Below the pieces are notes generated by a model. The model was not told the origin of the DNA, did no database searches, and saw only the letters and a program-made list of their open reading frames with translations. 64,000 nucleotides of DNA from Verrucomicrobiota bacterium (lineage in GTDB: Bacteria; Verrucomicrobiota; Lentisphaeria; Lentisphaerales; Lentisphaeraceae), in assembly GCA_039798785.1 (NCBI GenBank), contig JBDKFG010000018.1:1-64000 (forward strand), given 5' to 3'. A program made the translations under genes and the position numbers. The stretch's first letter is position 1; each line of letters opens with the position of its first letter. Shown piece by piece: positions 29,221 through 38,674 of this stretch.

Positions 29221-29569
29221 AGTCCAGTCCCGGCGAAGCGTCGCCCACTCGCTCGAAGCGGCGATCAAGAATTCCTGTTATTTCGCCGGCACGATGGTGA
29301 TGACCCAGTTGCTCTGCGGCATGGTCATCCTCTTCGCAGTTCCCAGCTCCTGGCTCGAAAGCGCCGATTGGCAGGTGCTGCCGGGGATGCGCAGGCTGGC
29401 CTTGCTCATCCTCGCCTCCTGCAGCGCCCTGCCGCTCCTCCTCAGCTTCCTCTGCCTCCTCGCCCCCGGCTTCGATGGACTGCGGCGCAACAAGGTGCGA
29501 TGGGAGATCCTCGGCGCCGTCATCGGCTTCCTCAGCATTGGTGTCTTCGTCTGGCCCGGGATCTTCTAG
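29213..29569 (+). CDS. Hypothetical membrane protein
   Basis: Three hydrophobic segments; start overlaps the upstream stop. Confidence 0.6.
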   Translation: MSEVQSRRSVAHSLEAAIKNSCYFAGTMVMTQLLCGMVILFAVPSSWLESADWQVLPGMRRLALLILASCSALPLLLSFLCLLAPGFDGLRRNKVRWEILGAVIGFLSIGVFVWPGIF

Positions 29570-29575
29570 GGAGCC

Positions 29576-30127
29576 TCAGGCTCTGTGCTTCACTGTGTCC
29601 TCGAGGAAATACGGCGGAATGAGGTGATGGATGTGCATCATGATGTTGTCATAGGCGCCGGCCTTGGGAGAATCCATCCTTTTGTCTTCGAGCATCATGT
29701 TGAAGGCAAGGGCCACGGTCGAGATGCAGTGGCACTCGAGGCAGGCCTGGGTGAAGGCGAGCGGGAAGACGACGCGGCTCCGATCAGGAGCGATGACTGC
29801 GACTTCGGGGTATTCGTCGTCGATCAGGACGTCAGCCCAGTGCCAGCCGAATTGCCGGACCAGCTGTGCGCCCCATAAGCTGCCGAGCAGCAGGTCGGCG
29901 TTTTCATCCTGGGCGACCGGGTGGGGCTTTCCCAAGCAGATGGCGACGATGGCTTCGTTGATCTTCTCTACGATCTTCTTGGCGGGGTCCTGATTGCGGT
30001 CGACTCTCAGCATAGTGGCGGCTTCGTCCGCTGTGGCTTCGAGCAGGCTCAGTCTTTCTGCGTCGGCTTGAGATTCTTCGACTTTCATCCATCTCTCCTG
30101 ATTTTTGCATTTGCCTCGGCAGGTCAT
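29576..30127 (-). CDS. Hypothetical protein
   Basis: ORF coupled to the VWA gene; LGSLWG...FGWHW motif. Confidence 0.65.
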   Translation of the reverse strand: MTCRGKCKNQERWMKVEESQADAERLSLLEATADEAATMLRVDRNQDPAKKIVEKINEAIVAICLGKPHPVAQDENADLLLGSLWGAQLVRQFGWHWADVLIDDEYPEVAVIAPDRSRVVFPLAFTQACLECHCISTVALAFNMMLEDKRMDSPKAGAYDNIMMHIHHLIPPYFLEDTVKHRA

Positions 30128-32781
30128 TTTCTCCGCGCACGTTCGAAGCGCTGGCGCCTCTTCAGCTCATCGGAACTTTCGACCTGGACCTCTGTTTCCG
30201 GGCGGGGCTGCGGCTTCGGCGGTTCGGGCGCGGCGACGGCGATTTCCGGGGCGGCCTGGGCGGGGCGGATGCGGCGGAGATCGGGAAGGAGTTTCCATCC
30301 GGTGCGTTCGATCAGCAATGCCAGCAGGAAGGTGATCAGCCCAAGAGCCAGGACCGGAGCGGTGAAGTCGCGGACGTCGCGACGCGGCGGACGCACGAAA
30401 GCCTGTGAGAAGTCGGTGCGTTCCTCGCCGCCGGTGCTCTGGGACAAAGCACGAAGCGCTGCCGGGCCGCTCGGCGAGAAATCCCATTCGGGGTCGATGC
30501 CGGCGAAAACCGGGCCGAAGGGAATGGCGCCGTCGAGAACCTGGACCGCTCCTTTCAGTGGCTGGCCGGGGCTGAGCTGCAGGGTGGCGCTGTGCTGGCC
30601 CGGTCGAAGACGCTGCCAGGACAGCTCCTCGATCTCGCCCTGGGGAGTGGCGACGACCAGAGAGGGTGGTTTAAGCGCCAGTGCGGCGTCGCGCGAGCCT
30701 TCGTTGTGCAGTTCGAGGGTCAGGGTGTTGCCGTCGATATGGCTGCGCAGGCCGACTCCTTGCGGCGCCGGCGGCGCCTGGCACCAGCGTGCCAGGGTCT
30801 GCAGCATCCCGTCGTAGCCCTTCCAGGCGTGGACGCTCTTGGCGAATTCCCCCGAGAGAGGGAAGCAGACGGCGCCACAGCGTCCGGCGCCGCGGCGTGC
30901 CAGGGCAAGCAGGGGCGAGCGCTCCTTGTCCGTCGCGTGCAGGGCGAGAATGGCTTCGGGACGGGTGGCGCAAAGGTTGTAGCCGTCGACCTGCGGCGGC
31001 CATTCCAGGTCACGGCTGCCGATCTCGCTCCAGCGGCCAGTCGCTTGCGTCTTGACCGCCTTTTCGATGAAGGCGGAGCGGGCGACGGCGACCGTTTCCA
31101 TGGCGAAGATCTGCGGCAGCTTGTCCATGTCCTGGCAGAAGAAGAGCCGGCCCTTGGCTCGCGAGGCGATCGCCTTCAGCAGGCCGGCGTCGACATCGCT
31201 GTCGCTGCCCATGCCGATGACGGTGATGGTGGCTCCGGATCCGGTGATCGCGGCGACCGAGTCCTCCCAATCCCCCGGCTCCTCGGAGTCGGCGGCGTCG
31301 GCGAAGAGGATGACGTGGCGGCGCATCCCCGCGGCCTTGGCGATCTCCTGCTTGGCGGCTCGCAGGGCTTCGCCGATGTAGATGCCTCCGCCCGACGACT
31401 TGATCGAGCGGGCCTGGGCGGCGACTGCGGCGCGATCGCTGCCGATCGGCCGCATGCCGACTATGTCGTGCGGACCGGAGTCGACGACGATGAGGGAGAA
31501 GCGGTCGCGCGGCGATAGCAATTCGACGGCGCGGGCGGCGGCTTCGCCGGCGAGCTCGATCTTCTGCTTCCCCGATGGGGTGGGACAGCTCATTGAGCCG
31601 GAGCGGTCGACGACGACGCAGAGAGCCGCGTCCTGGCGGCGCTGGTCCTCCTTCAAATCGAGGGAGATGGGCAGGAGCGGATCGATCGGCGAGCCGTAAT
31701 AGCCGCCGGAGCCAAAGGAGAACTGGCCGCCCGACATGATCAGACCGCCACCCTGGGCCCGGACGTAGAAATCGAGACTCTGCAGGAATCCTTGCGGCAG
31801 CAGGTGGGCAGGGAGATCGTCGAGAACCACCAGCTTGACGCCGCCGAGATCGTTGCCGGCCAGCTTGCTGAAGGATTCGGGCTCTTTGACGGTGAAGCCG
31901 CCGCGCCGCAGTGATTCGGCCACCGGCGAAGGCCTGTGCCCGCTCAGCACCAGGGCCAGAGAACCGCCGCTGAGCTCGACCCAGGCTTCCGCCGTGTCGT
32001 CGCCGGGGAGCTCGTCGCCGGGAGCGCGGAGCCGAACCAGGTAGCGGTGCATCCCCGGCTCTTCCAGACGGTCTTGCAGGCGGAGCCTCCCCTTGCCGCC
32101 GCGGATGCTGACGCTGCCTTCCATCACCTGCTGGCCGTCGCGTTCCACGATGAAGGGGATGACTCCGTCGTTCGAGGAGGAGGCGACGATCTCGAGGGGG
32201 AAGGACTCGCCTTTGCGGACTCTCGCCGGCGTCCGAAGAGCCTCGGCGCGGGCGTTGCTGCCGAGAGCCAGGCTGACCAGACGGTAGTCGAGAGGGACGC
32301 CTTGCGCACCGAGCCGCTCGCCGAGGCCGCCGAGCGATTCCGTCGCATGGCCGTCGGTGACGACGAGGAAGCGGCTGGGGCGCTGGCTGTCGATGTCAGT
32401 GAGGGTCTGGCTGAGGGCGAAGGCGAGTCGGCTTTGGCCCTTTTCAAGGACGGTCACGACGCCCGGATTGCGTCGTGCCGAAGTGCCGGCGAAATCCATG
32501 AGGAAGAGGCGGTCCTCGTCCTTTTTTCCTTTTTTCAGGGACTCCTCCCACTCGCGCAAGTGCGAGTCGATGAGGTGTTCCGCCGAAGCCGAGCGGTCGA
32601 AGAAGACATAGAGGTCGACGCCGGCGCCGCCGCGTTCGATCTGAGGACGGGCCAGGGCGATGACGATGAGGACGATGGCGAGGAAGCGCCAGCCATGCCG
32701 CAGGCCGAGCCCCGGCCAGGCCCAGGCTGCTGCTGCGGCGGCGGGTATGAGAGTGAGCCAGATCGGGTAGAGGAAATGCAT
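30124..32781 (-). CDS. Membrane-anchored VWA-domain protein (two VWA-like regions, Ig-like and GATase-like segments)
   Basis: DRSAS and DRSGSM MIDAS motifs, VTDG, ALARPQ, N- and C-terminal TM segments. Confidence 0.85.
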   Translation of the reverse strand: MHFLYPIWLTLIPAAAAAAWAWPGLGLRHGWRFLAIVLIVIALARPQIERGGAGVDLYVFFDRSASAEHLIDSHLREWEESLKKGKKDEDRLFLMDFAGTSARRNPGVVTVLEKGQSRLAFALSQTLTDIDSQRPSRFLVVTDGHATESLGGLGERLGAQGVPLDYRLVSLALGSNARAEALRTPARVRKGESFPLEIVASSSNDGVIPFIVERDGQQVMEGSVSIRGGKGRLRLQDRLEEPGMHRYLVRLRAPGDELPGDDTAEAWVELSGGSLALVLSGHRPSPVAESLRRGGFTVKEPESFSKLAGNDLGGVKLVVLDDLPAHLLPQGFLQSLDFYVRAQGGGLIMSGGQFSFGSGGYYGSPIDPLLPISLDLKEDQRRQDAALCVVVDRSGSMSCPTPSGKQKIELAGEAAARAVELLSPRDRFSLIVVDSGPHDIVGMRPIGSDRAAVAAQARSIKSSGGGIYIGEALRAAKQEIAKAAGMRRHVILFADAADSEEPGDWEDSVAAITGSGATITVIGMGSDSDVDAGLLKAIASRAKGRLFFCQDMDKLPQIFAMETVAVARSAFIEKAVKTQATGRWSEIGSRDLEWPPQVDGYNLCATRPEAILALHATDKERSPLLALARRGAGRCGAVCFPLSGEFAKSVHAWKGYDGMLQTLARWCQAPPAPQGVGLRSHIDGNTLTLELHNEGSRDAALALKPPSLVVATPQGEIEELSWQRLRPGQHSATLQLSPGQPLKGAVQVLDGAIPFGPVFAGIDPEWDFSPSGPAALRALSQSTGGEERTDFSQAFVRPPRRDVRDFTAPVLALGLITFLLALLIERTGWKLLPDLRRIRPAQAAPEIAVAAPEPPKPQPRPETEVQVESSDELKRRQRFERARRK

Positions 32782-32903
32782 CGTCGCGAGACTCCAGGCG
32801 GGGAAAGGGGCGGAGGAAGAGCGGTTGACTTCCCAATATCGCATCCAAGGAGCCTGCAAGTCAAGTCGCGATGGCGAGATTGGCGATCGAAGGATCTGTG
32901 GAT

Positions 32904-32921
32904 CTTAACCATTCCTTAACG
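32904..32921 (+). promoter_or_regulatory. Putative Pho box
   Basis: CTTAAC at 32904 and 32915 (11-bp period), about 100 nt upstream of pstA. Confidence 0.6.
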
Positions 32922-33021
32922 CAAAGCACACCGCAGCTTGATCGTCCCGGAGGGCTGAATCCGATCCAGAGCTTAAGTTCCAGGCGTCCAACCACAAGCC
33001 TAGATCAGAGAGCTCCTCCCC

Positions 33022-34626
33022 ATGTCCACCCGCCCGAAAGGTGAAGCCTATGTCTGGATCTGCGGCCTCGGCCTGGCAGCCGGTCTCAGCATCATCGCCC
33101 TCACCCTCGCCTTCATCGCCTGGAATGGCTGCGGCGCCTTCTGGCCCAAGCCGGTCACCCAGTTCGAAGTCAAGCCGGGGTCTTCGCCCCTTAAGGGAGG
33201 CGACGGACTCCGGATCGCTGGCGAGATCATCGAGGAGAACGACAAGCAGTACAAGATCTGGACGGGGAACCGCGAGATCTACGGCGACTCTTTCTTCTTT
33301 GTCGACAAGGCAGCGGTTCAATCGGTCTCCCGCCCGCCCGATCTGCTTCTCATCGAGAGGCAGTCGAATCCCCGCAACCTAGCGCTTGCCAGCAAGCTCA
33401 AAGTCGGCGATGAGGAGGTCCTCGCCTCAGCACCGGGCTTCGACGCCCGCCTCGATCAGGTGATCGCCAATGCCGCCGCTAACCGCAAGCAGCTTGATCT
33501 CATTGATAACGGCGACATCGCTACGATCGTCGGCAAGGAGAAGAAGCTCCAGGTCGAGATCTACCGCCTCGAAGAACTCAAGGCCGATACCAGCGCCGCC
33601 CGCAAGCAGTTGAAAGAATTGGAGAAGCAGCGCGAAGCCATCGAACCATCACGCGAAGAGCTGAAACGCAAGCTCGATGCCGAACGATTGCATCTTGTCA
33701 CCGCCGACGGACGCCAAGTCGAGATCCCCTGCGGCGACATCCTCTCCGCCGTCAAACCCAACACACTCGGCGGCGCCTCGCGCTTCGGGCTCTTCCTGCA
33801 CCGGTGCTACCTCTTCGCCTTTGACAAGCCGCGCCAGGCCAATACCGAGGGCGGCGTCTTCCCGGCCCTCCTGGGTACCTTCATCATGACCATGATCATG
33901 TGCCTGGCGGTCACCCCCTTCGGCGTCATCGCTGCTCTCTATCTGCATGAATACGCCCGTCCCGGCCCTCATGTGCGGATGATCCGCATCGCCATCAACA
34001 ACCTCGCCGGCGTCCCTTCGATCGTCTATGGCGCCTTCGGCCTCGCCTTCTTCGTCATCTTCCTCGGCGGCAGCATCGACGAGCTCCTTTTCAGTGACTG
34101 GAAGGCGGCCACCGACGAATCGGTTTTCGGCAAGGGCGGCCTGATCTGGGCTTCGCTGACCTTGGCGATCCTGACCCTGCCGGTGGTCATCGTCGCCACC
34201 GAAGAGGCCCTCTCCGCCGTGCCCCGCGGACTGCGCGAAGGCGCGCTCGGATGTGGCGCTTCGAAATGGCAGGCGATCTGCAGCGTCGTCCTCCCCGCCT
34301 CCATCCCCGGCATCATCACCGGCATGATCCTGGCGATGGCCCGAGGCGCCGGCGAAGTCGCGCCCCTGATGCTGGTCGGCGTGGTCAAGTCCACCCAGGG
34401 CATGCCGATCGACGGACAGGCTCCCTTCATCCACGCCGAGCGTCCCTTCATGCACCTCGCCTTCCACATCTACGACGTCGGCTTCCAGTCGCCCGACTCG
34501 ATCGCCGCCCGCCCGATGGTCTTCGCCAGCGCCTTCCTGCTGCTCATCGTCGTCGCCTGCCTCAACTTCGCCGGCATCTTCATCCGCAACCACCTCCGCC
34601 GCAAATACGCCAGCGGCGCCTTCTAA
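33022..34626 (+). CDS. pstA: Phosphate ABC permease PstA with large periplasmic insertion
   Basis: [46 protein letters not shown]. Confidence 0.93.
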   Translation: MSTRPKGEAYVWICGLGLAAGLSIIALTLAFIAWNGCGAFWPKPVTQFEVKPGSSPLKGGDGLRIAGEIIEENDKQYKIWTGNREIYGDSFFFVDKAAVQSVSRPPDLLLIERQSNPRNLALASKLKVGDEEVLASAPGFDARLDQVIANAAANRKQLDLIDNGDIATIVGKEKKLQVEIYRLEELKADTSAARKQLKELEKQREAIEPSREELKRKLDAERLHLVTADGRQVEIPCGDILSAVKPNTLGGASRFGLFLHRCYLFAFDKPRQANTEGGVFPALLGTFIMTMIMCLAVTPFGVIAALYLHEYARPGPHVRMIRIAINNLAGVPSIVYGAFGLAFFVIFLGGSIDELLFSDWKAATDESVFGKGGLIWASLTLAILTLPVVIVATEEALSAVPRGLREGALGCGASKWQAICSVVLPASIPGIITGMILAMARGAGEVAPLMLVGVVKSTQGMPIDGQAPFIHAERPFMHLAFHIYDVGFQSPDSIAARPMVFASAFLLLIVVACLNFAGIFIRNHLRRKYASGAF

Positions 34627-34643
34627 CCCGACAAGGCCAGTCC

Positions 34644-35408
34644 ATGCCCCAGGAAAATCCCCTCATACAGATCCGGAACTTCGACTTCTTCTATGGTCAG
34701 AAGCAGGTCCTCTTCAACATCGACATGGCCATGCCGGAACGATCGATCACCGCTTTCATCGGCCCCTCCGGCTGCGGCAAGTCGACCCTCCTGCGCAACC
34801 TCAACCGGATGAACGATCTTGTCGACGGCACCCGCCACAACGGCGACATCACCATCGGCGGTTCCAGCATCTACGCTCCCAGCCTCGACGTCATCAGCCT
34901 TCGCCGCCGCGTCGGCATGGTCTTCCAGAAGTCGAACCCCTTCCCCAAGTCGATCTTCGAGAACGTCATCTACGGGCTCCGCATCGCCGGCGTCAAACGC
35001 CGCAGCGAGCTGGAGGAGGCTTGCGAAAAAGCCCTGCGCGCAGGTGCACTCTGGGATGAAGTCAAGGACCGCCTCAAGGATTCCGCCCTCGGACTCTCCG
35101 GCGGGCAGCAGCAGCGACTCTGCATCGCCCGTGCCGTAGCCTGCCAGCCCGAAATCATCCTGATGGACGAGCCCTGCTCCGCTCTCGACCCCATCGCCAC
35201 CACCAAGATCGAAGAGCTGATGCATGATCTGAAGCGTGATTACACCATCGTCATCGTCACCCATAACATGCACCAGGCCTCCCGCGTCTCCGACAAGACC
35301 GCCTTCTTCTACATGGGCAAGCTGATCGAGTTCAGCCCGACCGAAACCATCTTCTCCAATCCCCGTGAACGCCAGACCGAAGACTACATCTCCGGCCGCT
35401 TCGGATGA
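34644..35408 (+). CDS. pstB: Phosphate ABC ATPase PstB
   Basis: [47 protein letters not shown]. Confidence 0.97.
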   Translation: MPQENPLIQIRNFDFFYGQKQVLFNIDMAMPERSITAFIGPSGCGKSTLLRNLNRMNDLVDGTRHNGDITIGGSSIYAPSLDVISLRRRVGMVFQKSNPFPKSIFENVIYGLRIAGVKRRSELEEACEKALRAGALWDEVKDRLKDSALGLSGGQQQRLCIARAVACQPEIILMDEPCSALDPIATTKIEELMHDLKRDYTIVIVTHNMHQASRVSDKTAFFYMGKLIEFSPTETIFSNPRERQTEDYISGRFG

Positions 35409-35442
35409 AGAACTCCTGAAACTCCTTAAACTGCAGGCTCCC

Positions 35443-36114
35443 ATGACCACCCACCTTCAACGCGAAATCGAACACCTCAAGAACAAGCTTCTTGAACTCT
35501 CCGCCGAGGTCGAGCGCTCCCTTTCCTTCGCCGGCAAGTCGCTGGTTGACCTCGATACCCGCATCGCCCGCGAAGTCATCGAGGGCGATGACCGCATCGA
35601 CGAGGACGAGGTCGACATCGAGGAGGAATGCCTGAAAATCCTCGCTCTCTACCAGCCGGTCGCAGCCGATTTGCGCTTCGTCATCGCGGTCCTCAAAATC
35701 AATGCCGACCTCGAGCGGATGGGCGACCTCGCCGTCAACATCTCCCGCTACGTCATCGAGATTGACAAGCTCGGACGAGTCGCCGTCCCGGCTGATTTCG
35801 CCGAGATGTGCCGCCGCGTCCAGACATTGGTCAGCCTGAGCACCGAATCTTTCCTCCGCCGCGACGTGCTCGCCGCTACCGAAGTGCTTCGGCTCGACAA
35901 AGAGATCGACCAGCTCAACTTGAAGCTGATCGAACACATCCGCGGCGACATCGCCAGGCCCGGTGCCAATGTCAACGCCCTGCTCTATCTGTTCACCGCC
36001 ACCCGCACCCTTGAGCGCATCGGCGACTACGCAACCAACGTCGCCGAAGACGTCTTTTACATGGTCGAGGGTCGCATCATCCGCCACAAGAATCACGCCA
36101 GCATGGAGAAGTGA
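35443..36114 (+). CDS. phoU: Phosphate signalling protein PhoU
   Basis: QPVAADLR, DLERMGD, LERIGDYATNVAE. Confidence 0.95.
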   Translation: MTTHLQREIEHLKNKLLELSAEVERSLSFAGKSLVDLDTRIAREVIEGDDRIDEDEVDIEEECLKILALYQPVAADLRFVIAVLKINADLERMGDLAVNISRYVIEIDKLGRVAVPADFAEMCRRVQTLVSLSTESFLRRDVLAATEVLRLDKEIDQLNLKLIEHIRGDIARPGANVNALLYLFTATRTLERIGDYATNVAEDVFYMVEGRIIRHKNHASMEK

Positions 36115-36116
36115 CC

Positions 36117-36800
36117 ATGTCCCTGATCCTGGTCGTCGATGATGAAGAGGACGTCCGGAATCTGCTCCGTTACGTCCTTGAAAAAGAGGGCTTCCAGGTC
36201 GAGACCGCCGCGAGCGGTCCCGAAGGCCTGGACAAGGCCTTGCGACTGTCGCCTGACCTGATGGTTCTCGACGGCATGCTGCCCGGTCTCGACGGAAACG
36301 ACGTGGTGATGCGCCTGCGTCAACAGGCCGCCGGCAGAAGCCTGCCGGTTCTGATGCTTTCCGCCCGCAGTGATGAAAGCGATCAACTCGTCGGCATGAA
36401 GCTCGGTGCCGACGACTACGTCACCAAACCCTTTTCGCCGAAGCTGCTCGCCGCCAAGATCGCGGCCATGTTGCGCCGTCAGCAGCCGGCTGATGCCGAT
36501 GCCGATGCGGGAATCCTCCGACACCGCGGTCTTGAAATGAACCCCGACGACCACTCGGCCTCAATCAACGGCCAGCCCCTGAAGCTCACCGCGGTCGAAT
36601 ACAAGCTGCTGCTCACTCTCCTGCGCAAGCCTGGCCGTGTCTTCACCCGTGAACGCATCCTCGAGGCGGTGCGCGGCGACGACGTCATCCTCACCAGCCG
36701 CACCGTCGATGTCCACATTCTCGCCCTCCGCCGCAAGCTCGGTCCCGCCGGTGAGCTGATCGAAACCATCCGCGGCGTCGGCTATAAATTCCAGGCCTGA
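36117..36800 (+). CDS. phoB: OmpR-family response regulator PhoB
   Basis: ILVVDDE, LDGMLP, GADDYVTKPF, RTVDVHI..LRRKL, TIRGVGY; pho operon context. Confidence 0.88.
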   Translation: MSLILVVDDEEDVRNLLRYVLEKEGFQVETAASGPEGLDKALRLSPDLMVLDGMLPGLDGNDVVMRLRQQAAGRSLPVLMLSARSDESDQLVGMKLGADDYVTKPFSPKLLAAKIAAMLRRQQPADADADAGILRHRGLEMNPDDHSASINGQPLKLTAVEYKLLLTLLRKPGRVFTRERILEAVRGDDVILTSRTVDVHILALRRKLGPAGELIETIRGVGYKFQA

Positions 36801-36834
36801 CTGCACTTTAACCCCAGCCGAAAAGAAGCCCGGA

Positions 36835-38583
36835 ATGCGCAGCGACCGACTCAACTTCTGGATCTTCAGACGGATTTTTCCGGTCCTCGTCCTGTCATCG
36901 CTCCTGTTGCAGATCCTCTTCTGGAGCTTCAACAAGGAACGCAGCCGGGAAGACCTCCGCAAGGCCTTCGCCGCCAGCTGCCTGCTGGAGCTCTCCTCGC
37001 CACGTCACCGCGACAAGGACTTGCAGGAGCTTGCCCTTGAGCTCGATCGCAAGAAGCGCTGCCGGGTCTGTTTCGTCCGTCATGACGCTTCCGTAGCCGC
37101 CGATTCCCGCCTCGATCGTCACCAGCGCCCTTGGCTCGATGCCCAGACCAAGGCGGCTCTAGGCGGCGAAGCGAGGTTCTCCGACGAGCACGACGTCTCC
37201 GGGGATAACGACATCTGCCGCGTCTCTCTCCCCTTCCAGTTTCAGGGACAGGCCCTCGCCGCTGAATTCTACCAGGTCATCCCGTCTCCCCTCGCCACCC
37301 TCCAGGGCCGGGCGCAGCGGCTGCTGCTCCTCGTGGTCCTCGCCGGCCTGCTGGCTTTGCTGCTCACCCGTATGGTCGGTCAGCCCCTGCTCCGCAGCCT
37401 CCGCCGCCTCGGCCGTGATGTCGATGCTCTCTGCCATCCCGAACCGCAGCAGGCCCAGCCTCAGGCGATCGCGGAACTGGCGCAAATCAGCCGCGATCTG
37501 CAGGACAGCGACCGGGCTCTCCGCCATCGCCACCTCGACCAGCGAACGGAGCTCAACCAGGCCCGCTCGGTGATTTCCACGGTTCCCCGCGGCCTCATCG
37601 CCGTCGATGCGGAGAAGTCGCTCCTTCATGCCAATGATCTCGCCTTCAGCATTTTTGGGGCGCGTCCCGCCGCCTTGAACTGTTCACTCATCGCTGCCAT
37701 CCGCGACTCGGAACTGATCCGACTTGTCAACCTGGTCCTGCGCCAAGGCAAGGCGGCAGAGAAGGAGTTTCGGATCCTCCGTCATGGCGATGAACGCCAA
37801 ATCCATCTGGTCGCCACGCCTCTCGAACTGGGTGAAGCCCGCCCCGACGGCGTTCTCGTCATCATCGAAGACGTCACCGCTCTCCGCCGTCTCGAGCAGA
37901 TGCGCAAGGATTTCGTCGCCAATGTCTCGCACGAACTGAAGACCCCCCTCGCCGTCGTCCGAGGCTATCTCGAAACTTTGCGCTTCTGCATCGAGGAAAA
38001 GGATCTCAGCCGCAGTCGCGACTTCCTCGCGGTGATGGAGCGCCAGACGGCTCGCTTGAACACTATCATCGACGACCTCCTGACGCTCTCCCGTCTAGAG
38101 CAGGAGAACGACGCTTCTTTGAAAGTCGAGACGCAGGATCTCGGATCCACCATGCTTCTTGCCGCCGAGCTTCTCCGTGACGAGGCGGCGCGCAAGAACG
38201 TCTCGATCTGTGGCGATGCGGAGCTTCCCGAGCTGCTCTTCGCCGCCAATCACAATCTGGTCGAGCAGGCATGCCGCAACTTGATCGAGAACGCCATCCG
38301 CTACTGCCCCGAAGGATCCCGCATCCATCTCGCCCTGCAAACTGCCGAGAAAGAGGCGAGGATCATCGTCAGCGACAACGGGCCGGGCATCGCCCCGGAA
38401 CATCAGCAGCGCATCTTCGAGCGGTTTTTCCGGGTCGACAAGTCGCGCGACCGCCAGAACGGCGGCTCCGGCCTCGGCCTCTCGATCGTCAAGCACATCG
38501 CTCTTCTCCACCGGGGCAGCGTCGAAGTGGATTCCGCCCTCGGCCACGGAGCGCGCTTCACGTTGCGCCTGCCGCGGCAATGA
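36835..38583 (+). CDS. phoR: Sensor histidine kinase PhoR
   Basis: Two TM segments, PAS-like region, DFVANVSHELKTPL, NAIRY, RFFRVDKSR, GSGLGL. Confidence 0.9.
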   Translation: MRSDRLNFWIFRRIFPVLVLSSLLLQILFWSFNKERSREDLRKAFAASCLLELSSPRHRDKDLQELALELDRKKRCRVCFVRHDASVAADSRLDRHQRPWLDAQTKAALGGEARFSDEHDVSGDNDICRVSLPFQFQGQALAAEFYQVIPSPLATLQGRAQRLLLLVVLAGLLALLLTRMVGQPLLRSLRRLGRDVDALCHPEPQQAQPQAIAELAQISRDLQDSDRALRHRHLDQRTELNQARSVISTVPRGLIAVDAEKSLLHANDLAFSIFGARPAALNCSLIAAIRDSELIRLVNLVLRQGKAAEKEFRILRHGDERQIHLVATPLELGEARPDGVLVIIEDVTALRRLEQMRKDFVANVSHELKTPLAVVRGYLETLRFCIEEKDLSRSRDFLAVMERQTARLNTIIDDLLTLSRLEQENDASLKVETQDLGSTMLLAAELLRDEAARKNVSICGDAELPELLFAANHNLVEQACRNLIENAIRYCPEGSRIHLALQTAEKEARIIVSDNGPGIAPEHQQRIFERFFRVDKSRDRQNGGSGLGLSIVKHIALLHRGSVEVDSALGHGARFTLRLPRQ

Positions 38584-38625
38584 CAACAGCTTGGGATCAG
38601 CCTTGATCTTGACTGCGAAGTGAAT

Positions 38626-38655
38626 CCGGCCCGGCAGATCTCCTGCCGGGCCGGC
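38626..38655. terminator. Hairpin between convergent phoR and metE
   Basis: CCGGCCCGGCAG-atctc-CTGCCGGGCCGG. Confidence 0.65.
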
Positions 38656-38674
38656 CACCTTTGTCGCGACTGTC

